In this document: one piece after another, positions 45,341 through 54,557 of the stretch
Position numbering within the stretch: the first letter of the stretch is position 1
How the letters are laid out: every line of letters starts with the position of its first letter
DNA from: Phycisphaerae bacterium
GTDB taxonomy: Bacteria; Planctomycetota; Phycisphaerae; SM23-33
NCBI GenBank assembly: GCA_041687095.1
Contig: JAWLCQ010000002.1
Span: 28,671 to 92,670, forward strand
Direction: 5' to 3'
Length of the DNA stretch: 64,000 bases
Translations under genes and position numbers: made by a program
The notes under the pieces: generated by a model
Told to the model about the DNA's origin: nothing
Seen by the model: the letters and a program-made list of their open reading frames with translations, nothing else
Database searches by the model: none

Positions 45341-46693
45341 ATGATCCAGAGCGAGCGCATCATCACGATGAATGACCGCGACGTGGGGCGCGGGGCGTAC
45401 GTCCTGTACTGGATGCAGGCCGCCCAGCGCGAGGAGTGCAACCACGCCTTGGAGTACGCCCTCCAGCAGGCCAATGCGCTCGACCTGCCCCTGGTGGCGG
45501 CGTTCGGGATCACCGACCGCTACCCCGAGGCCAGTGAGCGCCACTACGCCTTCATGCTCCAGGGGCTCTCTGAGACCCAGCGGGCGCTGGCGGAGCGGGG
45601 CGTGCGGCTGGTGGTGCGGCGGGGCGAGCCGTCGGCCGTCGCACTCGACCTCGCAGCCGACGCGGTGCTGCTGGTGACGGACCGCGGATACCTCCGCGTG
45701 CAGAAGCAGTGGCGGGAGCACGTGGCCGTCCACGCCCCCGTCCGCGTCGTGCAGGTCGAGGGCGAGGTCGTCGTGCCCGTCGAGGAGGCGTCGACGAAGG
45801 AGGAGTTCGCAGCCCGTACGCTCCGCCCGAAGATCCTCCGCCTCCGCGACGCCTACCTCCGCCCGCTGCGGCGGACGCGGGCGAAGCACGACTCGATGCG
45901 CCTGGGCCTCGACGGGCTGGACCTCTCCGACCCCCAAGCGGTCCTCGACTCGCTCGCCATCGACCGCAGCGTTCCCCCCGTGTCGAGCTACCGCGGGGGC
46001 ACCAGCGAGGCCAAGCGCCTCCTCCGCGAGTTCCTCCGCGACAAGCTCGCACGCTACCACACGCTCCGCAACGACCCTTCGCTCGACATCCAGTCCCAGA
46101 TGTCGCCCTACCTGCACTTCGGGCAGATCTCGCCCGTGTACGTTGCCCTCCAGGTCGCCTCCGCCGACGCGCCCGACGAGGCGAAGGCGGCCTACCTCGA
46201 GGAGCTGATCGTGCGAAGGGAACTGGCGATGAACTTCGTGCACTACAACCCGCGCTACGACGCCTACGCCCACGCCGTCCCCCCCTGGGCGCAGCGGACG
46301 CTGGCGAAGCACCGGGCGGATCGGCGCCCCGAGCGATACAGCTACGAGCAGATGGAGCACGCCCGGACCAACGATCCGTACTGGAACGCCGCCCAGCGCG
46401 AACTGGTGCGGACGGGCAAGATGCACAATTACATGCGGATGTACTGGGGCAAGCGGATCCTGGAGTGGACCCGCGAACCCGCCGACGCCTACCGTCTCGC
46501 TCTGGAACTCAACAACCGCTACGAACTCGACGGGCGGGACGCCTGCTCGTTCTCCAACGTCGCGTGGTGCTTCGGGAAGCACGACCGCCCGTGGGGCGAA
46601 CGGCCGATCTTCGGGACCGTCCGCTACATGAACGCCGCCGGCCTGCGGCGCAAGTTCGACATGGAGACCTACGTCGCCCGTTTCCCCGGGTAG
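45341..46693 (+). CDS. phr: Class II CPD photolyase
   Basis: YVLYWMQAAQR..CNHALEYA, SQMSPYLHFGQIS, EELIVRRELAMNF, GKMHNYMRMYWGKRILEW, LNNRYELDGRD, HDRPWGERPIFGTVRYM. Confidence 0.93.
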   Translation: MIQSERIITMNDRDVGRGAYVLYWMQAAQREECNHALEYALQQANALDLPLVAAFGITDRYPEASERHYAFMLQGLSETQRALAERGVRLVVRRGEPSAVALDLAADAVLLVTDRGYLRVQKQWREHVAVHAPVRVVQVEGEVVVPVEEASTKEEFAARTLRPKILRLRDAYLRPLRRTRAKHDSMRLGLDGLDLSDPQAVLDSLAIDRSVPPVSSYRGGTSEAKRLLREFLRDKLARYHTLRNDPSLDIQSQMSPYLHFGQISPVYVALQVASADAPDEAKAAYLEELIVRRELAMNFVHYNPRYDAYAHAVPPWAQRTLAKHRADRRPERYSYEQMEHARTNDPYWNAAQRELVRTGKMHNYMRMYWGKRILEWTREPADAYRLALELNNRYELDGRDACSFSNVAWCFGKHDRPWGERPIFGTVRYMNAAGLRRKFDMETYVARFPG

Positions 46694-46806
46694 GGTGCGT
46701 CGGCGGAGCGAGACCGGCAGAAAACGCTCGCACCCACTGTCCGCCCGCCGTACGCTTCCCCGAACCGGGCCCGGGCCCGCGCAGCGAGCACAGAAGGAGA
46801 GATACC

Positions 46807-47538
46807 GTGAGCAATGAACTGCAGGATCGTGTCGCCATCGTCACCGGCGGATCGAAGGGCTATGGGGCGGGGATCGCCGAGGTGCTCCGCGAGGCGGGGG
46901 CGAAGGTCTGGATCACCGGCCGCGACCAGGCCGCCCTCGACGCGACGGCTGGACGAATCGGGGTGCAGGCCATCGCGGCCGACGTGACCAGCCCCGCCGA
47001 CTGGGATCGGGTGTTCGCGGAGGTGCTGGATAAGGCGCACCGGGTGGACATCCTCGTCAACAACGCCGGGGCCGGGGTCCGCATCGCCCCCCTCGCCGAG
47101 CAGAGCGACGAGGACATCGCCCAGGGCATCGCCGTCAACCTCACCGGGGCCATTTACGGCTGCAAGCGCGCCGCCACCGTCATGAAGGAGCAGCGCTCGG
47201 GCACGATCATCAACGTCTCGAGCGTCTGCGCCCGCCAGGCCTGGCCGGGCTTTGCCGTCTACGCCGCCGCCAAGGCGGGCATGGGCCTGCTGACGGACAG
47301 CCTGTACGTCGAACTCCGTCCCTTCGGGGTGCGGGTGACGACGCTCATCCCCTCGTGGGGCGCCACGGAGTTCGCCAAGGCCGCCGGGCTGCCCGCCAAG
47401 AGCCCCGAGGACGCCGCCCGCTGCATCCAGCCGCGGGACCTGGGCAACATCGTCCGCGACCTGTGCACGCTGCCCGCCCACCTGAGCGTGCAGGACATGA
47501 CCGTCTGGCCGCTGATCCAGGAGATCATGCCGCTGTAG
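46807..47538 (+). CDS. Short-chain dehydrogenase/reductase
   Basis: GTG start; TGGSKGYG, LVNNAG, NVSS, YAAAK. Confidence 0.92.
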   Translation: MSNELQDRVAIVTGGSKGYGAGIAEVLREAGAKVWITGRDQAALDATAGRIGVQAIAADVTSPADWDRVFAEVLDKAHRVDILVNNAGAGVRIAPLAEQSDEDIAQGIAVNLTGAIYGCKRAATVMKEQRSGTIINVSSVCARQAWPGFAVYAAAKAGMGLLTDSLYVELRPFGVRVTTLIPSWGATEFAKAAGLPAKSPEDAARCIQPRDLGNIVRDLCTLPAHLSVQDMTVWPLIQEIMPL

Positions 47539-47616
47539 CGGCGGCGGGGGAACGCAACCGAGCGCGGGAGCGGGATGGGTGAAGAGCTGTCATCTGATCG
47601 CTGACAGCTCCCCCTG

Positions 47617-48264
47617 CTACCGAGAGCCCCCGCCCGTGAAGACCCGCTTGAGCACGTCCGCCACTCCGATGTCGGCGAGCGCGTCCCGGATCTGCTTGCG
47701 GACCTGCTCGTAGTCCCGCACCGGCGGGGGGCCGGACAACTCGACCCGGGCGTCGTCGTCCACCTTCGCCAGGCCCAACGACCCGTCGCCGGTGACGGTG
47801 ACGATCCAGCGGCCCTCGCTGAGCGAACGGTACACCGCATTGCCGTACCGCGCCCGCGGGTCGTTCCAGTCCACGTGCTCGAGGTGGTTGTCGATCACCA
47901 GCCCGTCGCGCGGGGGCGTGTGACTGTCGTAGACGCGGCGGATCCACAGCCGCCCGTCCAGCAGCACGTAGTCGCAGTAGATCTCGTGTGCGGGGTTGTA
48001 GGGGGTTTCGATGACGCGGTCGAAGCCCTCGACGGTGCGGACGGCGACGGCGAGGCGGGCGTTCTGGACGATGAGTTCGGTGACGGCGGTCTTGCGGACG
48101 GCCTGGTTGTACTGGGAGCGGAGCGACTCGTACTCCCCGCTGAGGCCCGCCAGGCGGTCGCGGTAGACGTCGACCTCGACCTGCGACGACGCGAGGCGGT
48201 AGCCCACCACCGCCACCGCGCCCAGCAGGGCAAGCCCCATCACCGCTCCGATCCACTTCACCAT
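47617..48264 (-). CDS. Hypothetical single-pass membrane protein
   Basis: N-terminal TM helix (VKWIGAVMGLALLGAVAVVGY), short coiled coil, beta-rich remainder. Confidence 0.65.
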   Translation of the reverse strand: MVKWIGAVMGLALLGAVAVVGYRLASSQVEVDVYRDRLAGLSGEYESLRSQYNQAVRKTAVTELIVQNARLAVAVRTVEGFDRVIETPYNPAHEIYCDYVLLDGRLWIRRVYDSHTPPRDGLVIDNHLEHVDWNDPRARYGNAVYRSLSEGRWIVTVTGDGSLGLAKVDDDARVELSGPPPVRDYEQVRKQIRDALADIGVADVLKRVFTGGGSR

Positions 48265-48353
48265 GGGCGCAGACCTCTCCTGTATCGATCCCTTCCCTCT
48301 ATCGGTTTCATTCGCCGCCCGCTTGAGGAAAGTTCGGAGACTGCTCCGCAGTC

Positions 48354-48441
48354 CACCGCAGAGATCGCGGAGAACGCAGAGGGGATCGGAGTTCAGCGGA
48401 TACCCTGTCCTTCCTCTGCGGTCTCTGCGTTCTCCGCGGTG
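48354..48441. repeat. Intergenic IR element with 9-mer (CGCAGAG/CGCGGAG) arms
   Basis: CACCGCAGAGATCGCGGAGAACGCAGAGG ... CCTCTGCGGTCTCTGCGTTCTCCGCGGTG. Confidence 0.85.
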
Positions 48442-48452
48442 CAGATCGATTC

Positions 48453-49541
48453 TCACTCCGTTCCCTGGCGGGAGCGGACCGCCCAGCGGAACTTGGCGGG
48501 GCGGGCGCGGGGGTTGGCGTGGACCTCGGGGGGCGCGGGGCGGATGACCTCGTCGGAGATCGCCTCGTACGTCCCGTCGCGCAGCCCATCGCGGAAGGCG
48601 TGCTTCACCAGCCGGTCCTCCCCGCTCTGGAACGTCAGGATCCCCGCCCGCCCCCCGGGGCGGAGGCACCAGGGCAGCGTCCGCAGCAGCGCCCGCAGCG
48701 CGCCCAGTTCGTCGTTCACCAGGATCCGCAGCGTCTGGAAGGTCCGGGCGGCGGGGTGGAGTTCCCCGGGGTTCTCGGTCTTGATCTTCCGCCACTGCTG
48801 GGGCGAGATGCCCTTGGCGGCGAGGACGGCGTCGGCGAGTTCGAGCGTGCGGGTGAGGGGCGTGCGGCGGGTGACGAGGGCGCGGGCGACCCGCTCCGCA
48901 TCGGGCTCGTCGGACAGCTCGGTGAGGGCGGCGGCGAGTTCGCCCTCGTCGATCGTCGCCAGCACGTCGGCGGCCGTGCGCTGGAGGCGGTCGTCCATCC
49001 GCATGTCGAGCGGCCCGTCGTGCTTATAGCTGAAGCCCCGTTGCGGATCGTCGAGTTGCATGCTGGAGACGCCCAGGTCGGCGAAGACGATGTCGTACCC
49101 GTCGAGCCCCTCCTCCCCCAGCGCCTTGCCGATCCCCGCAAAGTTCCCGCGGTGCAGCGAGACGTTGCCTCCCAGTCTCGCCAATCGCTCGCCCGTGCGC
49201 TGGAGCTGCTCGGCGTCGACGTCGAACCCGATCAGCCGCCCGGTGGACCCGATCGCCCCCAGGAACGCCTCCGCATGTCCCCCGTAGCCCAGCGTGGCGT
49301 CGGCGACGACGTCCCCGGGTCGGGGAGCCAGATGCTCCAAAACCTCCCGCAGCAGGATGGGCACGTGCGTCCCGGCGGGGGTCCGCCCCTGCGCCCGCAG
49401 GTGCTCCTGCATCTCGGGGTAGGCGTCGGGGGCCAGCTCCTTGTACCGCTCCTCAAACCGCCGCGGATGCGTCCCCGCATACCGAGGCCGCCTCCGCTTC
49501 CGCGGTCCCTCCTCCGCCGCCGGTGATCCGTTCTCCGCCAT
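48453..49541 (-). CDS. rsmH: 16S rRNA m4C1402 methyltransferase RsmH/MraW family, stand-alone with N-terminal extension
   Basis: HVPILLREV, DATLGYGGHA, ADLGVSSMQLD, GFSY..DGPLDMRM, HPAARTFQTLRILVNDEL, TFQSGEDRLVK. Confidence 0.88.
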   Translation of the reverse strand: MAENGSPAAEEGPRKRRRPRYAGTHPRRFEERYKELAPDAYPEMQEHLRAQGRTPAGTHVPILLREVLEHLAPRPGDVVADATLGYGGHAEAFLGAIGSTGRLIGFDVDAEQLQRTGERLARLGGNVSLHRGNFAGIGKALGEEGLDGYDIVFADLGVSSMQLDDPQRGFSYKHDGPLDMRMDDRLQRTAADVLATIDEGELAAALTELSDEPDAERVARALVTRRTPLTRTLELADAVLAAKGISPQQWRKIKTENPGELHPAARTFQTLRILVNDELGALRALLRTLPWCLRPGGRAGILTFQSGEDRLVKHAFRDGLRDGTYEAISDEVIRPAPPEVHANPRARPAKFRWAVRSRQGTE

Positions 49542-49586
49542 AAGGCGTCAGTATACGGGCGGAGGGTGAGGGACGGAAACGCTCGT

Positions 49587-51809
49587 TCAGGCCGGGGTGG
49601 TCTCGACGGGGTCGGGGACCCGCCAGCGGGAGTCGCTCTCCATCTCCTCTTCGGGGATGACCATCATCCGCTCGCCCAATCGCAGGGCCACGCTGAGGAA
49701 GGCGTCGACGACGCTGGGGTCGAGCTGCGTTCCGGCCCCGCGCTGGATCTCCCCGACCGCCTGGTCGCGGGTCAGGGCGGGGCGGTGGATGCGGGAACTC
49801 GTCAGGGCGTCGAAGGTGTCGGCGACGGCGAGGATGCGGGCCGTCAGCGGAATCCGCGCCCCCGAGATGCCCTCCGGATACCCCTTGCCGTCGAACCGCT
49901 CGTGGTGGTAGCGCACGGCGGGGATCTCCTGCTCGAAGAACTCCATGCGTTCCATGATGCGGACCGAGAGCAGGGGGTGGCGGCGCATGGCCTGGAGTTC
50001 CTCGCCTTCGAGGTTCTCGGGGCACAGGAGGACGGAGTCGGGCAGGGCGAGCATGCCGACGTCGTGCAGCATGGCCGCCACCTCGATGCGCTGGATGACG
50101 CGTTGGGGCAGCTCCATCTCCTGGGCGATGAGGACGGCGTAGTGTTGGACCTTGCGGGCGTGGGTGGCCATGTTGGGGTCGCGGTGCTCGAGCACCTCCA
50201 CGACCTCGCGGACGGCCTGGAGGAACACGTCGCGGTAGCGGCTGTCGAGCCCTTCGAGCTTGCGGCAGAGGGTATCGAGCTTGCGGGACTCGGAGCCCGA
50301 GGGCTGGATGGTGGAGATGTTGTGGGCGAGGACGATGCGGTTGCGTCCGGCCTCCTTGGCGGCGTAGAGGGCGCGGTCGGCGAAGGCGACCATGGCCTCG
50401 GGGCCGTCGATCTCCCCGGCGTTGAGGTCGGTGATGCCGATGGAGACGCTGATGGCCATCTCGAAGTTGCGGGAGCGGAAGGGGGTGGCGGAGACGGCGG
50501 AGCGGATGCGCTCGGCGACGCGTTCGGCGTCGGCGGCGGGGGTTTCGGGCAGCAGGACGGAGAACTCATCGCCCCCCAGGCGGGCGGGCAGATCGGCCTT
50601 GCGGCAGGCGTCCTCGATGGCGGCGGCGATGCGGCGGAGCAGTTGGTCGCCCGCCTGATGGCCCGCGGAGTCGTTGACGGCCTTGAAGAAGTCCACGTCC
50701 AGCGCGATCAGGGACATCGGGCGGTTGTACCGCCGCGACTGGTGGTAGAAGCAGGACAGGACCTCCTCGAAGTGCCTTCGGTTCGCCAACCCGGTGAGCT
50801 GGTCGGTCTTGGACATGTGGGCGAGGCGTTCGAAGGCACACTCCAGGCGCCGGGCGATGATGAGCGGCTCCCCGTGCAGGTCGCGGGTGAGGTCGGGAGG
50901 GGCATGGTCGTCGGTGGCGTCGATCTTCTGCAGCCGCCGCAGCAGCCGGTAGACCGGGCCCGTGACCAGCATGTGGATGCCCAGGATGATCAGGACGACC
51001 AGGCCCAGCGAGAGGGACAGGACGATGAGGACCATGCGGCGGGCGAAGAGGGCCTGGGCCTCGATCTGGACGACCGGAGCGCGGGCGCGGAAGTAGCCCA
51101 GGGGCGCCCCGCCGGGGTCGGCCGCCATCCAGGCGACGACGAGAATCCCGTCGGACCCGACCCAGCGGCCTTGGGAGGCGGCGGCCTGGTCACGGACGGC
51201 GGGGGGAATGGACGAGCCCCCCACGATGGTGAGTTCCGCCCCGATGCCCTCTCCGATCCAGCCCAGCAGTTCCGGATCCAGCGGCCGGGCGAGCCAGAGA
51301 GTATGCGCCTCGGGCAAGGCGCCCGGGCGCTCCAGGGGCATGCGGACGTACAGGCCATTGCAGTCCCCCATGCGGATCAGCCCATCCCGGGCGGCCGATG
51401 CGGGGTTCAGCAGGGGGAGGGGGGCGTCGGTCCGCTCCCCGCCCTTGCGCGTCCACGACGCCAGGACCGTGCCAGTGCCATCGCTCACCCACGCCATCGC
51501 CACTGGCGAGGCGCTCAGCACCGCGTCGGCGGCACGGTGGAAGGCGGTCTGGGCGGGCTCCTCGGCCGAGGCCCCCGACGGACAGGGCTGCGCCAGCCGC
51601 TCCGCCAGACCTCGCAGGGATCGCGCCTCGCCCGCCAGCGCCGTCCGGACCGCCCGTTCGACGGTCACCGCCCGGTCGCGAAGGGCGGCGTCCTTGTGCT
51701 CGGACACCTGGGGCTGCAGATAGAAGGTGTCCAGCAGGACGATCCCCCCGGCCATGACGGTCGCGAGGATGAGAAGGATCCCAGGGGACGTCAACTTCAA
51801 GCGGTTCAT
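49587..51809 (-). CDS. Membrane sensor with GGDEF and HD-GYP domains
   Basis: Two TM segments around a periplasmic domain, HAMP-like segment, TDQLTGLANRR, RLGGDEF, HDVG, HHERFDGKGYP. Confidence 0.9.
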   Translation of the reverse strand: MNRLKLTSPGILLILATVMAGGIVLLDTFYLQPQVSEHKDAALRDRAVTVERAVRTALAGEARSLRGLAERLAQPCPSGASAEEPAQTAFHRAADAVLSASPVAMAWVSDGTGTVLASWTRKGGERTDAPLPLLNPASAARDGLIRMGDCNGLYVRMPLERPGALPEAHTLWLARPLDPELLGWIGEGIGAELTIVGGSSIPPAVRDQAAASQGRWVGSDGILVVAWMAADPGGAPLGYFRARAPVVQIEAQALFARRMVLIVLSLSLGLVVLIILGIHMLVTGPVYRLLRRLQKIDATDDHAPPDLTRDLHGEPLIIARRLECAFERLAHMSKTDQLTGLANRRHFEEVLSCFYHQSRRYNRPMSLIALDVDFFKAVNDSAGHQAGDQLLRRIAAAIEDACRKADLPARLGGDEFSVLLPETPAADAERVAERIRSAVSATPFRSRNFEMAISVSIGITDLNAGEIDGPEAMVAFADRALYAAKEAGRNRIVLAHNISTIQPSGSESRKLDTLCRKLEGLDSRYRDVFLQAVREVVEVLEHRDPNMATHARKVQHYAVLIAQEMELPQRVIQRIEVAAMLHDVGMLALPDSVLLCPENLEGEELQAMRRHPLLSVRIMERMEFFEQEIPAVRYHHERFDGKGYPEGISGARIPLTARILAVADTFDALTSSRIHRPALTRDQAVGEIQRGAGTQLDPSVVDAFLSVALRLGERMMVIPEEEMESDSRWRVPDPVETTPA

Positions 51810-52031
51810 TGGCGTCTCAACTCTCCATATCCAGTGTCAAGGCTCCGTCCCTGTGGAGCGGTCCCGCGGCTCGGGCCTGTCTACTCTTCGGCAGGTGGCG
51901 GGGCGGCTTTAGGAAAAAGCCTTGGGCCCCACCGTGCTCGTGTTCATCGGAGACGTACGTTCTGGATGGGGCGGAGGCGAGGGGAAATGGGGTTTTTCCG
52001 AGAACGGCGGATGAAAAGGCCCCAGGGGCCG

Positions 52032-52772
52032 CTACCGCAGCCCGATGATGCCGCGCTTGATCGCGTAGAGGATCAGGCCCTGCTGGTCGTGGATGTTGAG
52101 CTTCTTCATCAGCCGCGTGCGGTGGGTGTCCACGGTCCGCATGGCGATGCCCAGGATTTCGGCGGCCTCGCGGTTGGTGCGGCCTTCGGCGATGAGTTGG
52201 AGGACCTGCTTCTCGCGGGGGGTGAGCGAGTCGTACGGGTCCCCCCGGCGCGCCCCGAAGCTGTGCAGCACGCTCGACGGAATGCCCGGGCCCAGGTACG
52301 TCTCGCCCTGCGCGACGGTGCGGATCGCCTGGGGGAGTTGATCGGCGGCGGCATCCTTCTGGAGGTATCCACTCGCCCCGTTCTCCAGGGCGCGGCGGAT
52401 GAACTCCTCGTCCCCGTACATCGTCAGGATGAGGATGGCGACGTCGCGGAAGCGGCGGGTCAGTTCGCGGCAGGTGTCCAAACCGTTGAGGCCGGGCATG
52501 TGGATGTCGAGCACCGCCACGGCCGGACGCAGGCGCTTCACCGCCTCCAGCGTCTCCAGCCCGGTTCCGCACTCGGCGACGACGGCGATGTCGCTCTCGC
52601 GGGACACGACGGCCGACAGGGCCTGGCGCACCATGGTGTGATCGTCGGCGAGAAGGACGGTGATGGCCTGCCCGGGACGGGCGGTGGGACGGCGGAAGGC
52701 CGGAACGGGTACAGGCGCAACGTCACCTGATGCCTTCGTCCCTGATGCCACCGTCGCGTCCGTGCTATCCAT
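52032..52772 (-). CDS. NarL/LuxR-family response regulator
   Basis: VLLADDH, VLDIHMP, ILTMY, GYLQK, LTPREKQVLQLIAEG HTH. The true start may be downstream of 52772. Confidence 0.92.
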   Translation of the reverse strand: MDSTDATVASGTKASGDVAPVPVPAFRRPTARPGQAITVLLADDHTMVRQALSAVVSRESDIAVVAECGTGLETLEAVKRLRPAVAVLDIHMPGLNGLDTCRELTRRFRDVAILILTMYGDEEFIRRALENGASGYLQKDAAADQLPQAIRTVAQGETYLGPGIPSSVLHSFGARRGDPYDSLTPREKQVLQLIAEGRTNREAAEILGIAMRTVDTHRTRLMKKLNIHDQQGLILYAIKRGIIGLR

Positions 52773-52918
52773 GGCTCACCTTTTACTCCCGATGGAGGAG
52801 ACTACGATAATTCGGACTGTACTGGGGCGGGCGGATGAAAGCAACCGGGAGCAGAACGGATTGCGAAATTCCTATATCCAACTGTCCGTAGCCTTTGCGC
52901 GCCCGGAAGACGGGGCAC

Positions 52919-54352
52919 CTACCCGCCCGTCCGGTCGGCCGCGAGGGTGTCTTCGGTGTCGATCAGCCACTCGAGGAGCGCCTGGCGGTGCTCGTCGACC
53001 ACGGGGCGGAGGGCGGGGTCGGCGGCGAGGTTGCGCAGTTCGTGGGGGTCGGTGTGCAGGTCGTACAGTTCGTCCACGTCCCCGGCGTTGTACACGTACT
53101 TCCACCGATCGCTCCGCACGCCCTTGACGGGCCCGCGGGAGACCGTGGGGCACAGGTGGTGGCCGGTGTCGTGGCGGAGGCGCTCGCACTCCTCGGGCGA
53201 CAGCTCACCCGGCTGCAGGGGCCGGCCCGGGTCGCCGTGCTCCAGGAAGACCCGCTGGTGGTGCGCATCGGCATGGCCGCGGAGGACGGGGGCGAAGGAG
53301 CGGCCCTGGACGCCCTCGGGGGGCGCGATGCCCACAAGGTCGCAGATCGTGGGGCAGATGTCGATGTTGGTGACCATGGCGTCGGTGGGGCGGGGGGGGA
53401 ACTGGCCCGGGAAGCGGGCGAGCAGGGGCACGTGCACGAGGGCCTCGTAGACGTGGGGGCCCTTGCGGATCATGCGGTGGTCGCCCATGTAGTCCCCGTG
53501 ATCGGCGGTGAAGAGGACCACGGTGTTCTCGTCGAGCCCGACGTCGCGGAGGTGGTCCACGAACCGGCCCATCTCGTCGTCGATGTAGCTGACCATGCCC
53601 GCGTAGATCCGGCGCAGCGTGTCGATGCGGTCCCCCGAATACTCCACGCCGTAGCGGTCCCACTCCACGACCTGGCGCTGGCGGTGGGGCTTGGCGTCCA
53701 TCTCGCCCTCGACCCACGCGGGCGGGGGCAGTTCGACGGCGTCGTACATGCTGCGGTAGGGCTCGGGGACCATGTAGGGCGGGTGCGGGTCGGGGATGGA
53801 CAGCCAGAGGAAGAACGGCTGCTCCTGTCCGTTGCGCTCGCTGACGTACTCGCGGGCGGAGCGGAACAGGCCCCCGGTGACGTCGTCGGCGGGGTCGAGG
53901 GGGTTGTCGGCGAAGGGGACCTGCATCTGGTGTTGGCGGACGGCGTTGACGCGCTGTTCGGCGGCGTTGAGGGGCGGGGCGAACCCGCAGTGGTGCGCCT
54001 CACGGACGAAGTCGAACGCCTGCGGGAGGCGATGGGCGCCGAAGCAGTGGTCCTTCCCGATCAGCGCGGTGGCGTACCCCGCCTGCCGCTTGAGCCACTC
54101 GGCCAGGTCGTATTCGCGGGGGCGGAGGAGGCGGCTGTTGTTGTAGCTGCCGTTGGTGTGGTTGTACCGCCCGGTGAACAGGCCCACCCGGGAGGGAACG
54201 CAGACGGGGCAGGTGGCGTACCCGCGGGTGAACTGCACGCCCTCGGCGGCGAAGCGGTCGAGGCTGGGCGTACGGATCCAGGGGTTCCCGCTGGACCCGA
54301 GCATGTCGTAGCGGTGCTGGTCGGTGTAGACGATGACGACGTTGGGGCGCAT
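52919..54352 (-). CDS. Sulfatase (choline-sulfatase-like)
   Basis: MRPNVVIVYTDQHRYD, CVPSRVGLFTGRY, DPHPPY, TADHGDYMGDH, ELYDLHTDPHE; SD AAGGAG. Confidence 0.92.
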   Translation of the reverse strand: MRPNVVIVYTDQHRYDMLGSSGNPWIRTPSLDRFAAEGVQFTRGYATCPVCVPSRVGLFTGRYNHTNGSYNNSRLLRPREYDLAEWLKRQAGYATALIGKDHCFGAHRLPQAFDFVREAHHCGFAPPLNAAEQRVNAVRQHQMQVPFADNPLDPADDVTGGLFRSAREYVSERNGQEQPFFLWLSIPDPHPPYMVPEPYRSMYDAVELPPPAWVEGEMDAKPHRQRQVVEWDRYGVEYSGDRIDTLRRIYAGMVSYIDDEMGRFVDHLRDVGLDENTVVLFTADHGDYMGDHRMIRKGPHVYEALVHVPLLARFPGQFPPRPTDAMVTNIDICPTICDLVGIAPPEGVQGRSFAPVLRGHADAHHQRVFLEHGDPGRPLQPGELSPEECERLRHDTGHHLCPTVSRGPVKGVRSDRWKYVYNAGDVDELYDLHTDPHELRNLAADPALRPVVDEHRQALLEWLIDTEDTLAADRTGG

Positions 54353-54386
54353 GGGCCGGTTCTCCTTCCGTACGGGGACCTCGGAA

Positions 54387-54466
54387 TCACCGCGGAGAGC
54401 GCAGAGGACGCGGAGGGGCACGGGGCAGATGGCGTCTCGCTGCGGCCTCTGCGCTCTCCGCGGTGA
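54387..54466. repeat. Second copy of the 9-mer-armed IR element
   Basis: TCACCGCGGAGAGCGCAGAGGACGCGGAGG ... CCTCTGCGCTCTCCGCGGTGA. Confidence 0.85.
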
Positions 54467-54557
54467 CTTCTTCCGAGGGCGCTGCTGCACTGCGCGGACC
54501 CGCATTATGCGCGCTTCGGCGGCGGAGGGACAGACGGGGAGGGATCTTTTCGACTTC

